Shown one piece after another: positions 12,704-28,807 of a stretch of DNA of 64,000 nucleotides; position 1 is the stretch's first letter, and each line of letters begins with the position of its first letter. The stretch spans positions 1,116,001-1,180,000 of the forward strand of contig VJWM01000063.1 in the NCBI GenBank assembly GCA_010909165.1. The letters are read 5' to 3'. This DNA comes from Anthoceros angustus. Lineage: Eukaryota > Plantae > Anthocerotophyta. The translations under genes were made by a program, and so were the position numbers. The notes below the pieces were generated by a model, which saw nothing but the letters and a program-made list of their open reading frames with translations, was not told where the DNA came from and ran no database searches.

Positions 12704-13853
12704 GGCTGTTCCTTCAAACCACAACAGGACTCGGTCCCGCAGCGACTCCTCGGAATCCGTTTTCGGAATTTACGCCCTGACCCAAACCACACCGTGAGAA
12801 AGCACGAATGCGAAGCACTCGCTTGGCAGAAACACAGCAACATGAACCATGCACTCGCCCGGATACTAAAGCAAGGCCCGGCTTCACCCGTCTACAATGC
12901 ATCTGCGAAAGGTGCAGAAACCCTAAACTGGTGCAAAATCAGTCTTCTCCGTGCCCGAACTTCGCAAACACTAAAATCCTCAGACCGTATCCATGCCATA
13001 GCCTTCGCCATTGCAATGCGCGCACCCACGCACTCACGTCGAATACCACACTTGTAAAAAGGAAACGACACCAATCTGAGCCCTGACAACCACCAGCACC
13101 GCGCATCCTCTTTACTGCACCTACCTACCTTAATCCTAATATAAGCGTCCCGTCACACTCTCCCCTCCAGACGCACGGCACCTTCAACCAAGCCGGCACC
13201 AGCACAGCGCGGATCAGCCCTGTCCGCGTGCACAATCCCACCAGCTCCAGCTTCTTCCTCCGACACTTGGGAAGCGATAGCACCACGCACATCAATTGGC
13301 TCCAGCCATCGCTTGCTCCTCCCGCATCCGCGGCCGGTCTCCAAGACCTGGAGCGCAGATCCTGCCGCAACCCACGGCCGCCATCGCGTGCAGGATTCGA
13401 TCCCCCGTCGCACGCTAGCCGGCGAGAACACTGAACGTACCGTCAGTGGGCGCGTTTTTTTTTATCAACCGAGACGCGGGAGAGCCAGCAGCAGCAGGGT
13501 TTGCCTTCCCAGGAAGATGAACGCCAAGCATTACATTCGAAAGCGCAGCGAGCGAGGAGAGCGCGTCGGTTTGCCCTTCCCCCGGCACGGCGCTCCACCG
13601 GCTGCTCGCACCCGTTTTCCCGGTTATCCGGTCACTTTCCGGTCACCATGCGGAATCAGGCCCCATTTGGCAAGCGTGGATAGAAACCCTAATCGCTGCC
13701 CTACGCACGGTGACGCTGCCTGACGGCGAAACGGAAAAGGCATGTCGCGGTCGAGTTTCGCCAGGGTATAGCCGCGTGGATAGACCCCGTCTTCTTCCGT
13801 TTGGTAGCGCTTCAGCGTTTTGGCGTCGACGGGAAAGAGATCTGGCTGCAGCC

Positions 13854-16394
13854 ATGGCGGCAGCGGGCAAGCTGGAGGGTCTTAGCGCTGAGAAGTTCCG
13901 GGCGGAGCTGCAGAACACGCTGGAGAGGCACAAGTTTACCATTCCCGCATTCAGCATCTACGGCGGGGTGGCCGGGCTGTATGACTACGGGCCGCCGGCC
14001 TGCGCAATTGAGCAGAACGTGTTATCGTTTTGGAGGCAGGTAGGTAAGGCGGGGTTGAAGACAGGACGTTTGGAGGATTTGATGTTGTGGTGGAGATTTT
14101 GACGATGGTCTGGTGAGTGATGTGCAGCACTTTGTGTTGGAGGAGAATATGCTGGAAGTGCGGTGCACCTGCGTCACTCCGGAGCCTGTGCTCAAGGCGT
14201 CGGGTCACGTGGACAAGTTCACTGACCTAATGGTTAAGGATTTGACCACGGGTGAGTGCTTCAGAGCGGATCACCTCGTGAAGGACGATATCAATTTGAA
14301 GTTGGCGCAGGGTGCTGGTCTGGACGAGGCGGCGAAGCAGGATTTGAAGCATACGCTTGCTGTTCTGGATAATTTAAGTGCCGACGAGCTCGGGGCCAAG
14401 TTGAAGGAACTCGGCATCAAGTCGCCGAACAACAAGAATGCCTTGTCGGATCCCTACCCGTTTAATCTCATGTTTGCTACTTCAATTGGACCGGCTGGCA
14501 ACGCTCCAGGGTATGTGAACATGCATGCCGGTCTGCATTTGGATTTTGGTTCTGGGCCAGAATTGGCTATTCAGGTGGTGTCTTGTGGTGCAGTTATCTG
14601 CGTCCGGAGACTGCGCAAGGCATTTTTGTGAATTTCAAGCATCTGTATTACCACAATGGCAACAAGCTGCCGTTTGCAGCTGCACAGATCGGGCTTGCTT
14701 TCAGGAACGAGGTATAGGCGGTGCTCGAGAGTGGTGACGATCAGTCACACGGTCTGGAAGCTTGCCAGCGTCGCTAAGTAGCTGAGTTTCGACCGTTCGC
14801 TTTTGCAGATATCTCCTCGGCAGGGCCTGTTACGGGTTCGTGAGTTTCTGATGGCAGAAATTGAGCACTTTGTGGACCCTGAGGACAAATCACACCCAAA
14901 ATTTGGGGAGGTAGCGGATTTGGAGTTCCTCTTGTACCCTCAGAAACAGCAAACTACTGGGGGAGATCCAGTGAAGAAGCATCTGGGGGATGCTGTTGCA
15001 AAGGTATCAATCCCAGCTCTCTGTCTGCTGAACCTCTGTTGGCGAGTGTTGTTCGGTTGTTATTTCTCTCTCTGTTGTTCCTTGGCTGCTGACTGTATCG
15101 TCAGTTGGTGTGGTTCACAGGGAACAATTAACAACCAAACGCTCGGCTATTTTATTGGGAGAACCTACCTCTTTCTGACTGGTCTTGGGATCCAAACTGA
15201 TCGTCTTCGTTTCAGACAACATCTACCAAATGAGATGGCACACTATGCAGAGGACTGCTGGGATGCAGAAATACATTGCTCTTATGGCTGGATAGAGTGT
15301 GTGGGTATAGCAGACCGGTCTGCTTATGACCTGAAAGCCCATGCGGTAAGGGTGCATCCTTCGTGCTCACGCCTCTCACACCATGTGTAGTTGGCAGATC
15401 TGAAAACTTGTCTCATCCTTGAGAGATCCCGTTATTGGCAGGAAAAGAGCAACGAGAAGTTGAATGCATATGCGAAGTATGCCACACCGAAGGAGGTTGA
15501 GGTATAGTGTCTTCATCCTTCCCTTGCCCTGGAGGCTTGGTTTCTGATTGTGTGATGTATCTGACTCAAATGTACGGCTGTCCAGATAGTCAAGCTTGAT
15601 CCCAACAGAAAAGAGGTTGGCAAGACATTCAAGAAAGAGCAAGCCCTTGTACTGCAAGCTCTTGAGGTTTGTGCTCGACTTGCTCAAGCTTCAAGTGTCC
15701 ATGATGTGCACTTCTAATGGTTCCAATCCAACAGGCTTTGACAGAAGCGGAAAAGCTTCAACTGAAGGGGAAACTTGAATCTGAGGGTACAGCACCCTTG
15801 ACAGTCTGTTCATCAAATCAGACTTTCACGATCACTAAAGAGATGGTTACTATCAACAAGGTTTTGACCACTGAGTCTGGAAGGAGCTTTACTCCCCATG
15901 TCATTGAGCCATCCTTTGGGATAGGCCGAATCATCTACTGCCTGTTTGAGCACAGCTTCGACACCCGACCCAGCAAGGGAGGAGATGAGCAGTTCAACTT
16001 CTTCCGCTTCCTTCCTTTGGTTGCTCCCATCAAGTGTACAGTGTTTCCTTTGGTCCAAAATGCAGGGCTTGTCGAGCGGGCAGGGAAAATTGCCCGCTCA
16101 TTGACCAAAGCTGGTGTTGTTGGCAAGATCGACACAACTGGGACGTCGATTGGGAAGAGGTATGCCCGAACAGATGAAATTGGTGTGCCCTATGCCATTA
16201 CAGTGGATCTGGAGTCGGCAACAACAGTGACTCTGAGGGACAGGGACTCGAGATCACAGGTGCGTGTCCCCGAGGAGGAAGTTGCAGGTATCCTCCGCGA
16301 GGCTTCGGATGGAAGGCTTACATGGTCGAAGATACAGACCCTGTTCCCAATTGTTACTGCTAGGGCTGCAGAAGAGACAGTCGTCGAGGTGTAG
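13854..16394 (+). CDS. GlyRS: Glycyl-tRNA synthetase, eukaryotic alpha2 type, about 8 exons
   Basis: [70 protein letters not shown]; telo-box aaaccctaat at about 13684. Confidence 0.96.
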
Positions 16395-16865
16395 GCGGTG
16401 TGCAAAGCAGCCGTCGAGACTGTCGTCTGTCACAGACAGGAGTGCATTTTCACCCCTTCCACCATCCAAGGTGACAAGTTTTAGCAGAGTTCTCCCTCTC
16501 CCGAGAAAGCAGGAACAATCCATGTCTCTCTCGTCTGAAGGAACTCCACTCGGCGAGATAACATTTCATAAAAAAACATTTCGAAAACTACACAAGTCCA
16601 CTAGGCCAAGGACACCACCGTTTCATTCTCCTCACGTGACGATGTTCGTGCACATGGAGTTGAGTACGTGGACGCGTCCCCCGACACAGCCGCTTTGCAC
16701 TAAAAATTGTGCGAGTGTTTTGTCCGATGTTTCTTGTTGAGAGCACCACACTCAGCATCCAGTCCGTAGCCCCGCGACTAAAGAATGAAGAGTGATTTCT
16801 GACTCGCCAGGGTACCCGATAGGTTAAGCGGGTCGTGGCTCGGGGCCCTATACTGTATGTACATA

Positions 16866-17398
16866 CAGTCCACCCCCCCTAATTGGGACTGGTTCGGAGT
16901 GCCTTTAGAGGTCCCATTAAGGGAAGTGTCCCGATTGTATTTTCCCTATTTAAAAATAATAAAAATATTATAAACTTAAAAAAAATCAAAACCTAAAAAA
17001 AGAAAATTTAAATTTGGATTGATAGGTTTCACTAAAAATAACTTTTAACAGTTCTTTATATAGTTGTTTGAAAGCTAGCACTCTCTCTAAGCGACATCAA
17101 AACCTCTATCTATCATAAAGGAAAAAGCTTAGCTTAAGAGTCTTCAATCACACCTAAAAGTCTATTGTGCTCTCAAATAATAGATTCTTTTTTCTTTCTT
17201 TTTTTAAATTTTTTTAAATAGAAATAGAAATCCCATTTAGGAAGGCGAAACTAACATGAATGTATGTTTTAAAAGGTCCCAATTATCATTTAGGGAAAAG
17301 TCCCATTTATTACATTGTAAACTAAAGGGAGTAGGATGGGAGGTCCCATTTAGAGAGGAATCCCATTTATAGAATTCCCAATTAGGGGGGGCCGACTG
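16866..17398. mobile_element. Tc1/mariner/pogo-type MITE (533 bp)
   Basis: TA|CAGTC...CCCCCCTAATTGGGA at the left end and TCCCAATTAGGGGGG...GACTG|TA at the right; TA target duplication; AT-rich core; TCCCATTTA subterminal repeats. Confidence 0.9.
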
Positions 17399-17801
17399 TA
17401 CGTATGTGCCTGCGTTGACCCAGCTGCTCCCTAGATAGCATGGTTGACGAGAACCCCTGGCATGAAACTACTAGGTCAGCGCCGAAGAGAATAATCATCG
17501 TGTAGGGGAATAAACATCGTCACGGCCGAAATAGAATAAACATGGTGTGGGGACTGCCGTAGTGTCCGAAAGGAAGCCATACACGCGCGACGTCAGCAAC
17601 TTGCCGTGAAAGAGAAGCCTCCTTGCAGGCCGGCAGCCGCTATAGCTGCTCTTTCCTATAAGTTGAAGTTCTTGCATGCACCCTTGCACTGCGGATTGTG
17701 AATGCAAACACTGCAACCAGCTGTATCTTGCTCCAGCTCCAGCTCCAGCTCCAGCTCCAGCTCCGTCCTCGAGATCGACCTCCGTCCTCGACTCCTCTGT
17801 C

Positions 17802-18029
17802 ATGGCACACCGCGGCCGGCTTGTGGCCACCAAGACACTCAGGCTGATCCAGCCACACCACGATGCCAACTACTTCGTCACTCATCATCATGCGGATGCG
17901 CTCCACCACGTCCACAAAGTCGCCAGACATCACCGCTTGTCAGTTAACGACATCACCAACGCCATGTCTGCTGGAATCACGCTGCTCGCTGCTCTCATCA
18001 CTCTCGGAGTAGCGGTGGCTGCGCTCTAG
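17802..18029 (+). CDS. Orphan 75-aa His-rich protein with C-terminal hydrophobic helix (copy B)
   Basis: MAHRGRLVATKTLRLIQPHHDANYFVTHHHADALHHVHKVARHHRLSVNDITNAMSAGITLLAALITLGVAVAAL; TATA-like tataag at about 17657; GACGTCA motif conserved upstream of both copies. Confidence 0.65.
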   Translation: MAHRGRLVATKTLRLIQPHHDANYFVTHHHADALHHVHKVARHHRLSVNDITNAMSAGITLLAALITLGVAVAAL

Positions 18030-18436
18030 CTGCACAGTAGCCCTCCGTTGGATGGGGTCCCGACCTCATCACCAGGTCTGTCCCTGGGGTTTTGTGAACA
18101 TCTGCTTTAGAATGAACTCGTCCTATGTGTCGGTTGCCTCTTTGTGATGCAGAGGTCTGTGGGGGAGGTGCTAGGAGGTGGAGGTCGCTGGCGCCTGCAC
18201 GTCAAAATAAACTTTGCAGCAAGCGCCTCTGCCAGACTGTAGTGTCACAAATGTGATCAAGCCCTGATGTACACAACATGCACAATGTGCATTGCGCATT
18301 GCGCATGCTGTAAATAATGGTTTACTTGTCTTCACTTTACTTGTGCGGTGTGGTGTGGTATGCTGGTTCCTGGTTCCTGGTTCCTGGTTCCTGGTTCCTA
18401 TGAGGCCTAGGGCCATTAGCACCAGTTCCGTCTGTC

Positions 18437-18983
18437 CTCAGTCTGCAACAAAAAGAAGAACATTGCTTTCTGCTTACGCGTCGCAGCTGACACAATCAGA
18501 ACCCCCCTCTCGGACGGTAGGTCGGCCCTCCTGGGTATCACAGCTCGCAACTCAGGATGGCCCTGATTCTTGCAGAACACAAAACTCTCAGCACATATCA
18601 AAACTCCACTGGGCCCATCAAGTCCACCCGGAACCGTGACCAGCAAATAAGCACCATTATCAACCGGCTCTGACCACATGCGCACAACATGGAACCACGC
18701 GACCCTGTCGTTTGAAGTGTGCATTTTATGAATCGCTACACTGTAATGTTAACAGTGTATGACACTGTAATGTTAACAACAAGGAATCTGAAAGAGGATG
18801 GATGCTTCACCTGATGAATCAACTGGTAAACTGTGCTGCCCATTGGTACCTGGTGCTCCAAAATCAATCTCACCACATTGGTAAGGACGCGTAACTCCTT
18901 CTATGTCGACCCCTTTACCATTGCTTTCCATGCTAGCCTGTAAACAAGTTGCACAAGGTGAGGACCAAGCCAATCCACAGGAC
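18437..18983 (-). pseudogene. Chimera of an SF3B3 fragment and a PGI fragment
   Basis: 18437-18692 is an inverted copy of SF3B3 about 2168-2421 (WSEPVDNGAYLLVTVPGG...AMFFFLLQTE); 18691-18983 copies PGI about 25382-25674 (SMESNGKGV...GTNGQHS plus introns). Confidence 0.93.
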
Positions 18984-19952
18984 CTCCAAGGACCACAGTG
19001 GAACTGCACATCGGAGACGTGCAAATGATACTGCCAAGATTCGATGCCTGCTTGTGGGCAGCTACAATTACCGGTGGGGCCGGTTACTGGGGATTCGGGT
19101 TCGTCAGTGGCGGGAGACCGGTGCCCGCGCGCCGGAGGGACTGTGACACTCCCGCCCTCTGTCATGGTCCACTGATTTTTGACGCGGAAAGAAACGGCTT
19201 CTCATGCACTCCCTCCCCGATTCATACATGAATTCGATGTCCAAATTTTTTTGAGGGTGGAATGGGAGGAGGAAGCCGGGGGCATGGTGCCCGACCCTGG
19301 CCGGCCAAGAAACCGATTTTTCGCACAAGACTGGCCCGCATAGGCTTGAATACTGCCGGAACGGTCTGCAATGCACAAAATGCGGGAACCTCTGCCGGCT
19401 CCTAACTTGGATCCAATCACATCCAGAGATGGATGTTTCACTACTTCCACCTACTTTCAGGCTATGGTCCCAGGCAGCCAGGTGCTCTTCTCTTCGGCAG
19501 ATCAATATCCTTTTAGCAGATGATCTTGTACGCTTGATAGGTATCTGGTAGAGAGTTACGTGCACGGTGTTGCGGGTCGACTAGGCCAAGTTGAGCTCGT
19601 GCTGGCATCACAGTTTCTCAAAACAAATCTTCTTTATTGAACTAAGCATTTTCTGTTGTCATTTGGCATGCAGGCACTGCCTCGAACGCCACCTCCCCCA
19701 CCATCTCGGTCAAGAACGTGCTGGCACCTCCGGCCGGCCGGCCTCATCTCCGTACATTGCAATCTTCAGAGCCAAGTGAAGTAGTCGTATGAAGTAGGCA
19801 TAAAAATCGAAGTGCTGGCACTTCGATTTTTATGCCTGGAGGAGTCTACGTCTCCGTCTCCGTCTCCGTCTCCGTCGCTCGGCGGTTTCTTGTTGCATCT
19901 TCTCCTCTGCCAGACTCTCTTCTCTGCCTCTCTCTGGCCAAGGAGCCTAGGT

Positions 19953-20896
19953 ATGAGACATGTCAAGGATTTGGTGCGGGGGATTTCCGACGAGCTTGGT
20001 GTTACGCACCACATCCATGAGGCTGATGTCACGCCGGGGCGTCACATCTACGTTTACCGCATCGCCTACACCTACTCGCACCACGGTAAGTTCACCCCTC
20101 CATCTCAAACTCAGACTCCAGCGCTAGCGCTTGCCATCAGGATTTAGAGACGTCGGCTTTCAAGCGTGAGCGAGTGGACTCGGAGTGATGAAGTCATTCA
20201 TTCGCATTTTCCTTTCATCTTCCAGTTGATGAACCAGTCAAGTTGGTGAGGTAGACTAGGCATGCATTGAACATTGATTTGTGGCACCGGTAGCAGGAAT
20301 TGCTGGACACACGGACTCCAACGGCATTCGCCAGGTGTACCATTTCCGGACCGACGTCGACAAGTTCAAGAAGAGAAGCAGCTGCAAGGGCAGCCAGGCG
20401 TGCGTGGAGGTGGGGCGCCGGGACGACCGCGAACCCCAGAGCGCGGTCATTCGTTCTTGCATTCACTGCTTCAGCCAAGGGGGCCGCCTGCACTACCACC
20501 GTTACGGCGTCGACGAAGAAGATTTCAACAGAAGCCGCTCAGGTACGTGACATATTATTGCCTTCGCTCTGGGCCGCAGATCTGGGCCTCAGCTGGGCCT
20601 GGCAATGCGATTATCATAATCGAATTGCCTTTGCCGCAGGCTCCTGCCACATGAGACCCTCTTCTCACTCAGATGTTGTGCTTGAACGAGCTCAAGCCAT
20701 GTTCCAGAATGGCTTCGGCCGCTACGATCTGTCAAAGCGCAACTGTGAGAACTTCGCCCTCTATTGCTCCACTGGAGAGAGGCTCCCAAGCAACCAGATA
20801 GAATTCTTGGGCGATTCCGCTGAATTCGTGTCCATTATCTTACCCAACCTCTCCGGGTCCGGGTCCGGCATCTCAGGCTACGGAGCCCGCCGGTAA
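19953..20896 (+). CDS. LRAT/NC-domain (permuted NlpC/P60) protein, exons 19953-20085, 20297-20542, 20640-20896
   Basis: GRHIYVYR..YSHHGI motif and YDLSKRNCENFALYCSTG catalytic motif; in-frame GT-AG junctions. Confidence 0.88.
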
Positions 20897-21020
20897 CAGG
20901 TGCAAAAATAACTCTTAGTGCACTGGTGTTGTCTTTCAATAAAGTTCTTCTTTGATGTTGTTCACCAACCTGTGACTTAGAAGTTGGAGACTCTAGTGCT
21001 TCTTATAAATGTGTGTCCAA

Positions 21021-21450
21021 TAGGCTGAATGGACACATATTTATCAGATCATCGTGATTAAGCATCCTGCGCTTAGATAGGTACTTAGATGGGGTGCTTA
21101 AAGGGAGTGGATGCCATGGTGCAAGTAGCTTAGGCACACCATGGTACAAGTTGTTAAGTACCAAGTCCCATGACGGAAATCCGTCCTCAAGTGGACTTCA
21201 ATAAAATTCTTCTTCTTCTTCTTGACTTAGGCCAAGTGGATACACATTTATAAGAATGTCGTGGTTAAACATCCTGCGATTGGATGGTTAAACATCGTGT
21301 GATTGGATGGGTACTTAGATGGGGGTGCTTAGAGGAGTGGATGCCTTTGGTGCTAGTAGCTTCCGCACATTATGGTATAAGTTGTTAGAGTACCAAGTCC
21401 CATGAAGAAAATTTGTCCTTAGTGAACTTAAATAAAATTCTTCTTCTCCT
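21021..21450 (+). mobile_element. Two tandem copies of the AATAAA-(TTC)n-tailed retroposon-like repeat
   Basis: Both are homologous to 10251-10453 and end aataaa(a)ttcttcttc. Confidence 0.6.
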
Positions 21451-21571
21451 TGTAATTCCTTTGAAACAAGTTCACTATCCTTGTTTCCACCTTGCATTCT
21501 ATGTAAGCCAATATGTTACAATTTCAACTTTATTTTCCCCACACAAGTCAAGCATCTACTAAAACATCGGT

Positions 21572-22175
21572 GTACGATTCAATCGGTACTGTGCCGAGGC
21601 GGACAATTGTGGGATGGGAGTTGTCTCACAGCTGAAGAACATGGAATAGCATAACCTTCATCATCCAAAGGCAATTCATCAACATCATTAAACATTTGCA
21701 TGAGGAAATCGACAGAAACGTAGAATATGCATCGGCTGTTTTAAATTTGAAACATGTAATGAATAAGCACAACCAAATCCCCTTATGAGGCAAATGATCA
21801 AATGGAACTCCATGACCACAAGAAGACCCACACGTGCGGCGCTCGAAAATGCCAACCCGTTATCATTTGTTTTGTACGATTCAATCGGTATTGTGCCGAG
21901 GCGGACAATTGTGGGATGGAAGTTGTCTCCCCGCTGAAGAACATGGAATACTATAACCTTTATCATCCAAAGGCAATTCATCAACATTATTAAACACCGG
22001 CCTGAGGAAATCGACAAAAACGTAGAATATGCGTTGGCTGTTTAAAAATTGAAACATGTAATAGATAAGCACAACCAAATCTCCTTATGAGGCAAATGAT
22101 CAAATGGAACCCCATGACCACTAGAAGACCCACATGCGCGGCGCTCGGAAATGCCAACCCGTTATCGTTTGTTTT
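21572..22175. repeat. About 302-bp tandem duplication in an AT-rich probable TE relic
   Basis: gtacgattcaatcggta(c/t)tgtgccgaggcgg starts units at 21572 and 21874. Confidence 0.85.
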
Positions 22176-22846
22176 GTTGTCATCCACCAAGAACAACATC
22201 AGATACATCAACAAAAGTACGACCAATTGCAATAGATTCAGCCTCGTGAGTCTCCGTCGAAGTCAGAATTGACCTCGACACGTTCATTCTTATCGGCATA
22301 ATTCTATTCATTTTTACAACTCTTCAATTGTTAATGCAGTTCCTCAACAAACAATTTGTCTCATAAAATGCCAGTACTAACGTTCGTTGAAATCACCCCA
22401 AAACTTGGTCTTGGTGGAGGTGGTGACTTGGTGGTGGACATGAATTTTGTTTGGCATTGGAGGATGGTGTTTTGTAGGTTCCTGAGAATATTTTGTTACA
22501 AGTTTGTATGGTAGTGCTTCTCGTGGATTCTTTAGCTAAATATTGTGTACAGCTCTCATAAGATTCCTTTGTTGGATCCTTGTTTGTAAGGCCTTTTGAC
22601 CCTATGAATTCATGAGTTCTCATTTTGCACGAAAAAAGAATCACCCCAAAACAAAATTTGTGGTTCCACAAACAACCCAAATATCAAGTGTTCTACAAAT
22701 TATTTCCTTGGACACATTTCTAAAATAGGTATCCCTCAAACCTTCTAAACCATATAGAAGCTTAAAAAATGAAATATCTTTACATAAGTAACCTCAAAAG
22801 AGAAATATGATCTCGATATACGTTTGTATCTCAAAAACTTCAAGCT

Positions 22847-22982
22847 AAGACACATGGTTTAGACGTACTTTAGAGACCTTCCAACAAACAATCAACCTAA
22901 GACACATGGTTTAGACGTACCTTAGAGACCTTCCAACTAACAATTAACTCAAGACACATGGTTTAGACGTACCTTAGAGACT
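22847..22982. repeat. About 52-bp tandem repeat x3
   Basis: aagacacatggtttagacgtac(c/t)ttagagac occurs three times. Confidence 0.9.
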
Positions 22983-23411
22983 TGTTAGATACCATGTTAA
23001 AATATCTAGATATATATAACACAAATCAAATTATTTAACCCAAATAATAACAGCATATAAAATACACCTCAAAGTGCTCAGGATTAGACTCACTTGTGTA
23101 CAACCTTAAGAGCTCTTGTATAGGAAGGAGAGCCTACATCCTAATGTACTATCCTATTTGCATAGGTACTTAACATATAAATTACGAACCCTAAAACCTA
23201 TCTAGACTACCTAATATAGTCGAAAGTCGTGCATAAATCGGAGGGACGGGTGCTGACAGTCGCCACAAATCCGCAGAGTTTTGGCAACGATTATGGGAGT
23301 TCCCTCGGGTGTGTTGTTTGGGGCATCTATGTCCACAAAAAGACACTTCCCAGTCTATCAACAGATATGGCCGCCGGTGACGAGCCCGAATGTGGTACAG
23401 ATCCTTGTTTC

Positions 23412-23910
23412 TCATTTTTGGTAAATACTTCTCCCAGACTTGATGGAAGACCACATGAAGGTATCCGGTTTGACAACCACGTTAAACACATCCATCGCGT
23501 CTTGCAACCTGCCATGAGCAGCATACATCCGCAAGATATGGTTGCACAGGAACGTGTCCGACTGGTACCCCCTTTGCACCGTGAAAGCATGGACGCGGCG
23601 ACCCAGAGGAAGATTCTTCTCCACTACACATCTCTTTAGTACATCATAAAAGAGACAGTCGGAAATGCAAGAGTCTGTCTGCACCCAAATTCCCAAAGCC
23701 TCAACAGCCTCAGTAAGATGACCCTCACGACATAGCTCGCTCACAATAGTTGGATTTCTTGCTGAGGTGCTGCACCTCGTGGCTTGGTTCCTACAAGTCA
23801 GATAGGCGGGATCTCTTGCTGAAATTCCTGTTAGCCCACCACTTTGTTGGGTCCACAACGAATCCTGATGCCCTCGCCTCGACTCAATTCCAACGCTCCA
23901 GACAGCCATG
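23412..23910 (-). pseudogene. Truncated PLS-class PPR gene
   Basis: LCREGHLTEAVEAL, LKRCVVEKNLPLGRRVHA, DTFLCNHILRMYAAHGRLQDAMDVF..PDTFMWSSI, then an early stop. Confidence 0.75.
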
Positions 23911-24282
23911 CCCCGCAGGAGCGCACTCTCAGAACCTATTGTCTCTGACCAGTCGCTAAGCGGTGAATCACGCACAGGAGCTTGGACGAGCAGCGGTTGC
24001 GGCTAACGACTGCTGGCTTAATAAAATCGATATTACACAAGCATCACGGCCAACAAGCTGGCCAAGACTGTCTTCAGTGGACTAGAACCACAACCTTCCA
24101 AGCAGCTAACATGAAATTGAGCTGAAGTGCGAGGAATTTGCACTCGCACTCTGCCAATCTGGGAGCCTTTGCAAACCTTTGAATGCACTGGGTTCAATTC
24201 AAACACTGCAGTCCCAGTATAAGTATAATATAGTACACAGCTATTGCACAAGAAACGAGGTGCAGGCACCGGTGGCCAGGAC

Positions 24283-28430
<4,148 letters not shown>

Positions 28431-28807
28431 TGTCCCACTCCCGAGGCCTCCCTGCCTTCACTCACCTCGAAATCACGTTCTAACGCCCAACATTCCTCTT
28501 TCAGCTGACCTTATCCCTCGACAGTCCCTTATCCAGTATCCAGTTTGCTGTCCACCGAAACGGTAGCTGCTTCAAGTCTTCAGGCATATATGTTCCTACG
28601 ACTCGCACCATCAATGCGGGCGTTCCAGCCGTGACGCTCCGAGCCAGTATTGCAGATCCATGTGGACAAGACCAGGAAGGAGACTCAGCATTCTGCATCT
28701 GTCTGTCTAAGGAATATGAAGTACTGCAATCGGATTTGCTCTTTATTATTTGGTTTTAGTGGTAGTATGACATTGGGAGCTTCCGCGCTCACTGGTCTTG
28801 CAACAGG

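Noticed and set aside
13742-13771. MSRSSFAR as a spliced mitochondrial first exon of GlyRS
   Set aside because: No downstream AG joins it in frame to the GlyRS ORF.
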